Below are positions 20,312 to 30,270 of a stretch of 64,000 nt of DNA, piece after piece. The translations under genes and the position numbers were made by a program. Source of the DNA: Candidatus Muiribacterium halophilum (GTDB taxonomy: Bacteria > Muiribacteriota > Muiribacteriia > Muiribacteriales > Muiribacteriaceae); contig PKTG01000107.1 in NCBI GenBank assembly GCA_002869225.1, forward strand, positions 9,623 through 73,622. Direction: 5' to 3'. How positions within the stretch are numbered: the first letter of the stretch is position 1; every line of letters begins with the position of its first letter. The notes under the pieces are model-generated. The model searched no databases. It was not told the origin of the DNA and worked only from the letters and a program-made list of their open reading frames with translations.

Positions 20312-20980
20312 ATGTACAAAGAAAACCCTGCATTTAATATCAAGGACTGTGCTCTTGTTGCTATAGCTACAGGTAAGAAAGCACATAATCTTAGAGAATT
20401 AAAGGATATCATTTCAACTATAGACGAGGGAAGTGTCTATTATCATTTTTGGGGAATGCTTCTTAAACCAAGATTTTTAAATAGGGAATATAACAATGAG
20501 TTTGCTATGTGGGTTAAAAGATCATTACATGATTCAGTTCTTGCAGAACGACTGGCAGTAATAGATCCTACTGATTATGATACATTAGAGGAACTTAGAA
20601 CTGAAGTTATTGATACAATAGAGGAAAGACTTGATGAGAATGAGTGGATAAACTTTGTTAAGCCTCATAGGAGATTTCATTTTATCCGTTCACATATTGT
20701 TGTGTTTGATACCCATACAACAATAGAAAGTCCTGAACAGCTTGTGGATATAATACCAAATATGTCAACTGGATCAATTTTTTATCATTTTATAGATGCA
20801 AGAGGAAGAGGTCATCAGAATGAGGATGATTTCAGACAGTGGCTTTCAGGTTTTGGAGAGGATCTAAAACCGCTTTGTGATAAGATAGCCGGACTAGATC
20901 CTTATTTTGTCTCTCCTCATACATTAAGAGATCAACTGGATGAGATCTTTACCGAATTTTTCAGAGGGGAGGTCAAATAA
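20312..20980 (+). CDS. conserved hypothetical protein coupled to treT
   Basis: GGGAGG RBS. One-nucleotide stop/start overlap with treT. No motif I can name with certainty. Confidence 0.5.
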   Translation: MYKENPAFNIKDCALVAIATGKKAHNLRELKDIISTIDEGSVYYHFWGMLLKPRFLNREYNNEFAMWVKRSLHDSVLAERLAVIDPTDYDTLEELRTEVIDTIEERLDENEWINFVKPHRRFHFIRSHIVVFDTHTTIESPEQLVDIIPNMSTGSIFYHFIDARGRGHQNEDDFRQWLSGFGEDLKPLCDKIAGLDPYFVSPHTLRDQLDEIFTEFFRGEVK

Positions 20981-22221
20981 TGAAAAAATTAAATCTATAT
21001 AGAGATATTGTTGGAGAGGATATAATCAATCAGCTAAAACAACTTGCTGAACCTCTCAAAGGAATAAAAGTCGTACATGTCAACTCAACAAAATTAGGCG
21101 GAGGTGTTGCTGAGATCCTTCATAAACTCCTTCCACTTAAAGAAGAGCTTGGGATAAAAGCTTCATGGGAAGTTGTTACAGGTGAATCCGAGTTTTATAA
21201 TTGTACAAAGAATTTTCATAATGGTCTTCAGGGAAATGCCGTTCCGGTCGATCAGAGACTCTTAAGAATATATGAACAGACAAACGCAGAAAACGCTGAC
21301 AGATTAAGAGAAAAATTAGCAGATGCTGATATTGTCTTTATACATGACCCGCAGCCTGCTATGCTTCTTCATTATATTCCTGAAAGAAAAGGAAAATGGT
21401 TATGGAGATGTCATATTGATGCAAGCAGACCTTTTAGACCGATTTGGAAATATCTTAGATCAAAAGTAGAGGGGTATGATGCAAGTATTTTCTCACTTGC
21501 AGATTTTGCTCAGCATCTTCCAAATACACAGTATCTTATACTTCCAAGTATAGATCCTCTTAGTGAAAAGAACATAGAGCTTGAAGAAAAAGAAATAGAT
21601 TCTATATGTGAAAAGTATAATATAGATCGTGAAAGACCAATGATGTCACAGATATCAAGGTTTGATCGTTTTAAAGATCCAATCGGTGTTATAAAAGCAT
21701 TTAAGCTGGCAAAAAAATTCACACCAGGACTTCAACTGGTACTGGCAGGTGGTGGAGCTACTGACGATCCTGAAGGTGAAGCAGTACTGAACGAGGTAAG
21801 AGCTGCTGCAGATGGTGATCCGGATGTAAACATTCTTCTATTGCCACCTGATGCTCATAGGATAATAAATGCGATTCAAAGAGCTTCTGATATTGTCCTC
21901 CAAAAATCTGTAAAAGAAGGGTTTGGACTTACAGTTACAGAAGGAATGTGGAAGGGTAAACCTCTTATTGGTGGTGATACAGGTGGAATTAGACTACAAG
22001 TAATAAATCATCATACTGGATTTCTAGTAAATTCTCCTGAAGGAGCAGCACTTAGAATAAGATATCTTTTCAATCATCGTGATAAGATGATTGAAATTGG
22101 AAATAATGCAAGAGAATTTGTTAGAGAGAATTTTCTTATTACAAGACATCTTAGAGAGTATCTTACTCTTATGCTTGCAATGTTACATTATCAGGATAAG
22201 GGTAGAATAGAGCTTAGTTGA
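20980..22221 (+). CDS. treT: trehalose glycosyltransferring synthase (TreT-type GT4)
   Basis: Long collinear similarity to TreT as I recall it: VHVNSTKLGGGVAEILH, TKNFHNGLQGN, WLWRCHID, PSIDPLSEKN, DDPEG, EGFGLTVTEGMWKGKP. Confidence 0.85.
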   Translation: MKKLNLYRDIVGEDIINQLKQLAEPLKGIKVVHVNSTKLGGGVAEILHKLLPLKEELGIKASWEVVTGESEFYNCTKNFHNGLQGNAVPVDQRLLRIYEQTNAENADRLREKLADADIVFIHDPQPAMLLHYIPERKGKWLWRCHIDASRPFRPIWKYLRSKVEGYDASIFSLADFAQHLPNTQYLILPSIDPLSEKNIELEEKEIDSICEKYNIDRERPMMSQISRFDRFKDPIGVIKAFKLAKKFTPGLQLVLAGGGATDDPEGEAVLNEVRAAADGDPDVNILLLPPDAHRIINAIQRASDIVLQKSVKEGFGLTVTEGMWKGKPLIGGDTGGIRLQVINHHTGFLVNSPEGAALRIRYLFNHRDKMIEIGNNAREFVRENFLITRHLREYLTLMLAMLHYQDKGRIELS

Positions 22222-22994
22222 TGTTCTTTTTTTGTGATGAAGAACAAATAAAAAATAATATACTTAGATCAAAAGAAAAGCAGAAGGTGTATTTCTTTGA
22301 TTATGATGGTACTTTATCACCGTTTGTCAAAGAAAGGCATAAAGCTTTTATGTATAAAGAGCTTATACCTTTTCTAAATAAACTTATTAGAAAAAATCAG
22401 GGGAAGGTATTCATCATAACAGGAAGAAGTATCGATTCAATATTACCACTACTTGATGATATTTATCCTATCCCTGAAATATGGGGAAGCCACGGTAACG
22501 AAAGGTATATTGATGGCAAATTGGAAAGATTGACTACTTCAAATGAAGATGTCCTTAAAAAATTATACAGTTTTATTATGGAAAAAGGGCTTGAGAATCA
22601 TTGTGAGAGGAAAGTCATATCTGTAACTCTTCATAAAAGAGGGCTTACTAAATCAGATATTCAATATATCGATTCTGTTAAAGATATTATCAAAAGAAGA
22701 TTTCCAGAAATTGATGTAAATAATTTTGATGGAGGATATGAATTTCTTATTGATAATAAAAATAAAGGCGATGCGGTTAGGGAAATATTGGATAGTTTTA
22801 AAGAAGACGTATTTCCTGTTTATTTTGGAGATGACCTTACAGATGAAGATGCTTTTAAAGAGATCAGAGATAAGGGACTGGGTGTTCTTGTAAGAAAAGA
22901 TAAAAGAGAAACTAATGCTCATGTGTGGGTTACCCCCCCCCATGGTATAGTTGAGATGTTTAAGGAGGTCTTATGTCCGAAGGAAGACTTATAA
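22218..22994 (+). CDS. otsB: trehalose-6-phosphate phosphatase (HAD family)
   Basis: FFDYDGTL motif I, ITGRS, and GDDLTDEDAF motif IV. Confidence 0.85.
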   Translation: MMFFFCDEEQIKNNILRSKEKQKVYFFDYDGTLSPFVKERHKAFMYKELIPFLNKLIRKNQGKVFIITGRSIDSILPLLDDIYPIPEIWGSHGNERYIDGKLERLTTSNEDVLKKLYSFIMEKGLENHCERKVISVTLHKRGLTKSDIQYIDSVKDIIKRRFPEIDVNNFDGGYEFLIDNKNKGDAVREILDSFKEDVFPVYFGDDLTDEDAFKEIRDKGLGVLVRKDKRETNAHVWVTPPHGIVEMFKEVLCPKEDL

Positions 22995-24409
22995 TAGCTT
23001 CTAACAGATTACCTATAGTCATTAAAAAAGAAAATGAAAAAGATTTTTCAATGACTCCTGGAAAATGAGGACTTGTTACAGCAATGGCTCCTGTCTTAAG
23101 AGACAGAGGTGGCATCTGGCTCGGATGGCCTGGAATAACTGATGAGGATAATATTAGTGATAAAAAGTTAAAAGAACTTATGGAAAAAGGTATAAAGGAT
23201 AGTGGTTATGATCTGGAACCCATAATCTTTTCTCATGAAGAAGCTGAAAAATATTATGAAGGTTTTTCAAATGAGATAATTTGGCCATTATTTCATGATC
23301 TTCCATCTCTTTGTAATTTCAAAGAGGAATACTGGAATATATATAAGGATGTAAACGAAAGATTTGCCAGTAAATTGACTGAAAAAGCTAAACCCGAGGA
23401 TTTTATATGGGTACATGATTATCATCTGATAAATGTTGCGACAAGATTAAGAAAAAGATCGCTGACAAATAAGATAGGATTTTTTCTGCATATTCCTTTT
23501 CCTCCGCTTGATGTCTTTTTAAAATTACCTTGGAGAAGGGAGATACTTCAGAGCCTTTTAGATTATGACCTGATAGGATTTCAGACACAAAGAGATAAAA
23601 GAAACTTTCTTCAATGTGTTCGTAGAGTGCTTAGATTTAGAGTTCAGGCAAGAGGAACAAAAAACATGGTCTATATAAAAAATCATAACAGAAAGGTCAG
23701 TGTAGCAGCTTTCCCTATTAGTATAGATTATGATAGTTTTGCAGAAGGTGCAGAGTCTGAAAACGTAGCAAAAAGAGCATGGTTTCTGCATGAAAACCTT
23801 CCAAATAGAACTCTGATTCTCGGGATAGATAGATTGGATTATACTAAAGGGATACCTTTTAAATTAAAAGCTTTTAAAAGAGCACTTGAAAAATATCCTG
23901 AACTACATAAAAATATTTCACTGGTTCAGATACTGGTACCTTCAAGAGTGCATATACCTAAATATAGGGAATTAAAGGAGAATATCGAAAAGCTTGTTGG
24001 AGAGATAAACGGAAAATTCACTGAACTTGGTTGGGTACCTGTATATTATATATTTAGATCGATGACAAGAGAAGAACTTTTAGCTTATTACCGGACTTCA
24101 GAGATAGCTTTTGTAACTCCGCTAAAAGATGGAATGAATCTGGTGGTAAAGGAGTTTTGTGCAAGTAATATTGAGGAGACTGGAGTTGTCATACTTTCCG
24201 AGTTTGCTGGTGCTGCTGCACAACTCGGTGAAGATTCTATCCTAGTTAATCCGTATGATGTAGAAAGAACAGCCGATGCTATATACAATGCTTTTACCAG
24301 TGATTATACATATAGAAAAAGAAGGATGAGAAAATTAAGACGATCTATTAAAAAATATGATATCTTCTGGTGGGTAAATGAATTTTTGGAATATGGAAAA
24401 GAAGAATAG
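22973..24409 (+). pseudogene. otsA: alpha,alpha-trehalose-phosphate synthase (GT20) with one in-frame TGA (23066-23068)
   Basis: ATG 22973 (GGAGG RBS) is in the same frame as ORF 23084-24409. MSEGRLIIASNRLP..TPGK-stop-GLVTAMAPVLRDRGGIWLGWPG matches the N-terminal GT20 signature. The total of 478 aa is canonical. Confidence 0.85.
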
Positions 24410-24410
24410 G

Positions 24411-24450
24411 ACGTTAAGACGCATAAACGCTAAGAACGCAATGAACGCAA
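24411..24450. repeat. 8-9 nt periodic AACGCA tract
   Basis: ACGC recurs at 24419, 24427, 24436 and 24445 (AAGACGCA TAAACGC TAAGAACGCA ATGAACGCA). Confidence 0.7.
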
Positions 24451-24452
24451 AA

Positions 24453-24484
24453 GAGGATGTCTTAATTGACATCCCCTTTTTTTA
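24453..24484. terminator. bidirectional terminator (otsA / OMP gene)
   Basis: GGATGTC-TTAATT-GACATCC hairpin followed by a T-run. Confidence 0.8.
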
Positions 24485-24502
24485 TCTTATGGAGTTGAGA
24501 TA

Positions 24503-25648
24503 TTAAAAATCAAATTTCTTTGTAGTAGAGAACCTGTGAATATCACCAAGTTCCTGCTCAGCAAATGCATATTCAAATGACCATTCGCCGCGTACAAAAG
24601 ACATACCAGCTGAAAGATCACCGTCGTGTGAACCTAATCTAAATGCGAATATATCGTTAAACCATTTTTCTACACCTAGATAAAGTTCTGCATCCATGTT
24701 TTCTACTTTGTTGTAATCCATTGCTACAAGCCAAGTTGGCTCAGGTACATAAGCTACACCAAGTGTTGTATCTACAGGTACTTTATCCTTTCTTCCACTT
24801 GGAGTGTCCCATTTCAGTTCGTTCATAAGGTTTCTGACTGAAAATCCGAATGATACTTTTGATGAGTAATCATATAAAAGACCGAGATCAAGTCCAATAC
24901 TATTTGCATCAGCATTGTATAGACTCTGAGTCATATATTTCATGTTTGCACCAAAATATAATCTATCAAAAGCCTTTGAGTATGAGAAGTAATAAGCGTT
25001 CTCACTATCATCAAAGTTTGAAAAGATCTTTACCGGATCAGCTGCTGGATTATATCCAACATTAACATCAGTATAAACCGCAGTTGTTGTCGGATCAGCC
25101 TGATAAACAGCTTCTACCTGTTCTCTAGACCAGCTTGTTGAATATCCTACAGGAACCGCAGGTGCACTTCCATCTGCCCATGTTCCTGTTGATGTGACTG
25201 GTATCGCTTTAGCAGTACCGGTAGCTGTATCATAATAATAGATAGGTGTGCCGTATATCTGGTCAGAAGCTAATGCTCCACCTCCGTTAAATCTCCATAC
25301 TCTGGTCTCAGGTATGTTATCTACACCAAATCTTACCATTGCAAAACCATAAGCTTCATTCTTTGTCTCATTCTTTTTTACATAGTTTATGAAATCAAAG
25401 TTTCTATCCATCTTAAGTCTTGCATGCATGAACGAGGCCTGATTCTTTTTGAGTTTGGCAAGGCCAGCTGGATTCCAATAGGAAGCAGTCGCATCATCGG
25501 ATACGGCTACAATTGCTCCACCCATACCAAGAGCTCTTGCACCTACTCCCATTCTAAGGTATGCACCTGCCTGACCGGAACCTTCTCCGGCAGCGAATGC
25601 GAATACGCAAAGTGTCAGGAGTCCTAGCACTATACCTAGTTTTTTCAT
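24503..25648 (-). CDS. outer-membrane beta-barrel protein (PorV/FadL-like)
   Basis: Signal peptide from ATG 25648 (GAGGTG RBS). ARALGMGGA..DDATASYWNPAGLA motif. C-terminal ..KKFDF. Confidence 0.6.
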   Translation of the reverse strand: MKKLGIVLGLLTLCVFAFAAGEGSGQAGAYLRMGVGARALGMGGAIVAVSDDATASYWNPAGLAKLKKNQASFMHARLKMDRNFDFINYVKKNETKNEAYGFAMVRFGVDNIPETRVWRFNGGGALASDQIYGTPIYYYDTATGTAKAIPVTSTGTWADGSAPAVPVGYSTSWSREQVEAVYQADPTTTAVYTDVNVGYNPAADPVKIFSNFDDSENAYYFSYSKAFDRLYFGANMKYMTQSLYNADANSIGLDLGLLYDYSSKVSFGFSVRNLMNELKWDTPSGRKDKVPVDTTLGVAYVPEPTWLVAMDYNKVENMDAELYLGVEKWFNDIFAFRLGSHDGDLSAGMSFVRGEWSFEYAFAEQELGDIHRFSTTKKFDF

Positions 25649-25711
25649 ATTACACCTCGCTTTTTCTTTTATCAATAAACATATTATACATCATTTCTCT
25701 TATGTTATAAA

Positions 25712-27166
25712 CTACTGCTTACTTGCTGTTACACCAAAGTTAGCTATATTATTAGCACCTTTTACAATAGTCACCTCTAGTTCTGCAGGAGCAAGCTGAG
25801 CTGCTACTGAAGCACCACCTGATGCAGTATAACCCGTAGCTGCACCGTTTATCTTTCTTTTTCCGATTGGTACATCATTGATTATAGCTGTTCCTGAAGT
25901 GTTTGCATAGTTTATTGAGATAGTCGCGTTATCTGAACTACCTGTTGCATAACCTACAAAGTCAACCCTATCATTAGTGTTCCAAGCTACTGTTGCAGAA
26001 CCCCATGATACACCAACGTTTACAGTTACATCACCTTTTTTAAGAGTGATCTCAAAAGGTGTCGCAAGTGAATAAGATTTGTTTGTAGTCTTCAAGGTAG
26101 CATTAAATGTCTGTGTAGGAGCATTTCCATCTATGAATGCTGAGAAAATGTCCATTCTACTGTATGCTACTCCATTATCACTAATTGGTAGATTATCAAA
26201 TGTAACAAGTCCACCATCTTCTACTTTCTTTGTAAGATATGGAGCACCATCTCTATAAAGGGTAGCAAATATTGGGGTATCAGTGAAATCTATAGCTATA
26301 CCTTCAGCAGACTGTACGAGAGCAGTTATAGTTCCTCCATCTTCCATCTGTGGTTCAAGAGAATCTTTTTCAAGATATATATCTTTTCTTACAGTATCAC
26401 CAGGAACAAGGAAGATCTCTGAGTTAGATCCATTTCCAGTTACTTCGGCTGATGAACCAGTAGTCTCAAGTGGTTTATAAATATTTGGATAATCGTTAGC
26501 AGGATAACATGAGATCTTATAACCCTGTGGCTCGATTGGTACTGAGGATATAAAATAATATCCATTTGTATCGGTTACCGCACTGAATGCTACAGAACTA
26601 TCTGAGTTCTGAATAACAACAGTAGAATTTGCTAGAGGTGTTGATGCTCCACCGCCATTAGGGTCGATTCCTCTAACATATCCTGATATGCTTCCAGTTG
26701 CAGGATTTGGATTATTTTTCATAAATAATTTAACAAAATAATCCTGTCCATCTTCAACTGTGATTCTTTTGTAAGCTCTGTCAGCAACCGCATCAGCTCT
26801 TCTTGGAGCTCCACCAGTAGCCTGTTCCTGTGTAGTCATAGCTTCATTAATATAACCTGATGCTTCTGAATATACATCATAAACTACATTTGGTGGAAGA
26901 TCTTCAAATACATAAGTATTTCCGTTTCCATTAGGTGTTGAAAATTGTCTGTGAAGAGAAGCACTTGAGTTTCCACCTTCACTTGATGATTCAATACCTA
27001 CAAGAGCATTAGTTATAATGCTTTCTGACTGATCTACCATTTCTACTACCTGTACTCTTACTGACCCACTAGTTACTCCAGCGGATCCACATCCAGCTAG
27101 CAGGAAGGTAACCATAAGCATGGCTGTAAGAAGTGCCAGCTTTTTAATCAGTTTTCTCCTGTTCAT
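25712..27166 (-). CDS. large lipoprotein with repeated carboxypeptidase-regulatory-like domains
   Basis: Lipobox LLAGC after MNRRKLIKK (GGAGGAG RBS at ATG 27166). TDTNGYYFISSVP-type beta-sandwich signatures. Confidence 0.6.
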   Translation of the reverse strand: MNRRKLIKKLALLTAMLMVTFLLAGCGSAGVTSGSVRVQVVEMVDQSESIITNALVGIESSSEGGNSSASLHRQFSTPNGNGNTYVFEDLPPNVVYDVYSEASGYINEAMTTQEQATGGAPRRADAVADRAYKRITVEDGQDYFVKLFMKNNPNPATGSISGYVRGIDPNGGGASTPLANSTVVIQNSDSSVAFSAVTDTNGYYFISSVPIEPQGYKISCYPANDYPNIYKPLETTGSSAEVTGNGSNSEIFLVPGDTVRKDIYLEKDSLEPQMEDGGTITALVQSAEGIAIDFTDTPIFATLYRDGAPYLTKKVEDGGLVTFDNLPISDNGVAYSRMDIFSAFIDGNAPTQTFNATLKTTNKSYSLATPFEITLKKGDVTVNVGVSWGSATVAWNTNDRVDFVGYATGSSDNATISINYANTSGTAIINDVPIGKRKINGAATGYTASGGASVAAQLAPAELEVTIVKGANNIANFGVTASKQ

Positions 27167-27525
27167 ATCTCTCCTCCTTCTTTTAAAAAAGATAAAGCTT
27201 TTGTATATTTCATTTATCGGCTTAAAAGTAATAATCACTTATAGCCAAATGAAACTTTTTATATTGCATGTATATAATCTTTCGGAAGAATAGTCCTTTG
27301 TTATAAGAAAAAGAGTTTATACCGGTCACTACTTTTAGAAAAATATTGAATATAAAAAGAATAATCTGGTCATTATTTGTTATAATAATCAAACAAGTTA
27401 TTATACTTGTCTTGTTTGCATAGTAAAAAATAACTTGGTTAAATGTATTTTAAGTAATAACTGGTTGCAATGTATCTATGACTTTTTTTATTACAAACAA
27501 TAAAAATTAAGGATTTTAAAAGCAA

Positions 27526-28629
27526 ATGATAGCATATGGAGTTGATGAAGTACTGGAAAATCGAAAACATCTAATTAAGGGTGTTCCGATCATTTTAATA
27601 ACCCATTACTATATAAAGGATTCAAATAAGGAGTCTGTTGCTGAGTTGTTTTATCAGGATCCGGAGATTAATCTTTCAAAGATAGTTTGTCCTAAATTTG
27701 GCTTTTTTCTTGATTCTAATACGACTGAAGATTTTGAAGGAATACCAGTTGAGTTTTTTAATATAGAGGATTTTAAAAAATCTCTTAAAAATATCCGCAC
27801 AGTTGTATTTGATCTTCAGGATACAGGAGTTAAGAACTCTCCTATACTTATCATGCTATTTGATATAATGAAAATATTAAATGATGTTGATGTAAACTTT
27901 TTGGTCCTTGATAGACCCAATCCTTTAAACAGTATTTCCTATGCAGGTATTATAGGACCTCTTGACGAGAAAAGACTGCCTCTCAGACATGGTATGACTA
28001 TTGGTGAACTTGCGAGTTATTTTAAATCACAGTTCTTTATAAGTACAAGGTTAAACGTAATTAAGATGATAAATTACGATAGGGAAGAGACTATATACGA
28101 TATAGAAGCTGGCGATAATCCATATTTGCCCGGTATAAGAAACAGAGATAGTCTTTGCCTATATTCTTTTTTACATCTTTTCACTTCAATGAATATCTCT
28201 GTAGGGCTTTGAAGTGATGTTGAATTTCTTGTGTTTGGTGCTCCATGGATCGATCCTGATATAGTATTTGATCAGATCATAATGATGGGTTTTGATGGAT
28301 TTTCTATGGAGACCTGTTCATTTACTCCAAGAGTCGGAATCTATTCTTCCACTGAATGTCACGGTATAAGGTTTAGGATAAATGATCTTTCTATGTTTGA
28401 TCCTATAGAACTCTTCTTAAATATAACAGAGATCTTATACTCATCATTTGGTGAGATAGAATTTCTTATGGATGAAGATGGGATTTATTTAATTGATTCT
28501 TTTTTTTCTGATGAGAGGATCAGAATAACAATAGAGAGATATATTCCAGCAACAAATGCTTATTATAAAGCGATGTCTACAATGGAGAGTTTTATTCCGG
28601 CAAGGCAAGAGGTACTTTTATATTCATGA
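27526..28629 (+). pseudogene. DUF1343 / NamZ-like exo-N-acetylmuramidase with one in-frame TGA (28210-28212)
   Basis: ORFs 27526-28212 and 28231-28629 share a frame. FDLQDTGV and VLDRPNPLN lie before the stop. NISVGL-stop-SDVEFLVFGAPWI spans it. Confidence 0.8.
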
Positions 28630-30092
28630 ATATAAATTCTTTTTTTGAAGAAAAACTCATATATCCATTATTTGATAATAAAAAAGAAGTTCTTTTTCAG
28701 GCTTTTTTTTATATTGATCATTATAATGCAAGACTCTTTGATATTACTCCAGCAAGACTCTCAGGGCCAGGAGAAATAAAATCCTGTATAACTGAGATCA
28801 AAAAAAGAAGACCGGATTCAATTGTTTTTCTAAGACACGGTACGGGTGGGCAGGAGACTATTAAGAAAAACATTGACATGACTCCTTCAAACAGAGCTTT
28901 AGGTCTAATTGATGAAAAAAAATCTGCTTTTGACAGCGGACTTATTATTGCAAAAGAACTAAAAAGTATTGGAATTGATATAATAATAAGTGATTTTCTT
29001 GGGATTAACATCAACAAGGAAAATCCAATAATAGGTGTTAGATCATTTTCAGATGATCCAAATAAGGTGTCGGAATTTGCGAAAGAATATAAAAAAGGCA
29101 TAGAAAAAGGTGGATTAAAACTGGTAGCATGTGGATTTCCTGGAAAAGGCGCTCTTTCATATTATCATAAGGATAAGATCACGACTTATAAAAGAGATCT
29201 TGATTCTATGTATATGGATGAACTGATTCCTTATGTGAATATAATTAAAGAACACATGGAAATGATAGAACTATCAGATCTATATTATTTTCTTGAGAGT
29301 AACACTGTACATGAACCAGCTACTCTATCATCATCTGTAATAGATTATTTAAGAAAACCACTTTCATATAGTGGAAAGATAATATCATTTCCTATATATA
29401 ATGAAAATTTTTCTTCCTACGAAGGTCTGAATCTTTTAAGAAGATGTATTGAAGCTGGTTGTGATATTGTATATCTTCCTGGTAATCTGAAAAAGAATAT
29501 AGAGATATTGGATAATATTAAAGTCTTATTCTCTACAGGAAGATTTCAATTTCAGGTAGACTTTAATAAATTAAAAACTGATTCAACAACAAATGAAGAG
29601 TCTTTATATTATATTAAGAAAAAAAACTCTCATCTGCTTGAGAAGATCGAGGATAGCATAGCTTTAAGATTGGAGAGCAAAGATTTTGAAACTCTTTCTG
29701 ATGTAATAGAACCATTTGTTGTTGTTCCAAAACAAAGTGATGATAAAGAAGAAAAAGAGAATTACTTTTTTAAAAGTATAAAATATTACAAAAGAAAATC
29801 AAAGATGATCGAGTACTCATATAAGAACAGTGAAGAGTGGTTTGAAAAAACAATTAAAAAGCTAAAAGACAAAGAAGTAATAATAATATCTGAAGGAGTA
29901 TATTCAAATAAACATCTACAGGATCTGTTTTTAAAAATAATAAAGAACGCTTCTTCCGCCCATGTTATTGGAGTAAGTGTTGAATACGAGGAAGATATTT
30001 TTTCTGAGGATACCCCTTATTTTTGTATAGGTACTTCACTTGAATCTACTTTTAAAAGAGTGGTTAAAGAGATATTTAAAAACCGTTATTGA
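28626..30092 (+). CDS. divergent glycoside hydrolase family 3 (NagZ-like) domain protein
   Basis: IAKELKSIGIDI..IGVRSFSDDP..GFPGKG resembles the GH3 N-terminal region, with the KHFPGHG motif degenerate. Confidence 0.5.
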   Translation: MNINSFFEEKLIYPLFDNKKEVLFQAFFYIDHYNARLFDITPARLSGPGEIKSCITEIKKRRPDSIVFLRHGTGGQETIKKNIDMTPSNRALGLIDEKKSAFDSGLIIAKELKSIGIDIIISDFLGININKENPIIGVRSFSDDPNKVSEFAKEYKKGIEKGGLKLVACGFPGKGALSYYHKDKITTYKRDLDSMYMDELIPYVNIIKEHMEMIELSDLYYFLESNTVHEPATLSSSVIDYLRKPLSYSGKIISFPIYNENFSSYEGLNLLRRCIEAGCDIVYLPGNLKKNIEILDNIKVLFSTGRFQFQVDFNKLKTDSTTNEESLYYIKKKNSHLLEKIEDSIALRLESKDFETLSDVIEPFVVVPKQSDDKEEKENYFFKSIKYYKRKSKMIEYSYKNSEEWFEKTIKKLKDKEVIIISEGVYSNKHLQDLFLKIIKNASSAHVIGVSVEYEEDIFSEDTPYFCIGTSLESTFKRVVKEIFKNRY

Positions 30093-30135
30093 TTAATAAA
30101 TTAATCAGGTTATTGTTCATAAAAAACAGTAAACT

Positions 30136-30250
30136 GTGAATAGTGAATGGTGATTAGTGAATGGAAAAACATGGATTTTGGGATGAAGCTGGATTTTGGC
30201 TTTTGGGAAGTTCAAGTCCGACCATAACCCTTAATTCCTAAATCCTAACA
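30136..30250 (+). repeat. intergenic mosaic repeat A: GTGAA heptads (30136-30164) plus GGATTTTGG/CTAAATCCTAA element (30173-30250)
   Basis: The first 21 nt of 30173-30250 are identical to 42904-42924. Related copies occur at 45434-45537, 15021-15052 (inverted) and 31302-31330 (inverted tail). Confidence 0.85.
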
Positions 30251-30270
30251 GCTGCTTTTAAGGAGTTTTT

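Noticed and set aside
23066-28212. The in-frame TGAs as selenocysteine codons.
   Set aside because: Both positions align with Gly rather than Cys/Sec in their families. Neither family is a known selenoprotein. I see no convincing stem-loop immediately downstream.
30173-30250. The GGATTTTGG repeats as a CRISPR array.
   Set aside because: The units are irregularly spaced, only 2-3 occur per locus, they are dispersed across the window, and there are no cas genes.
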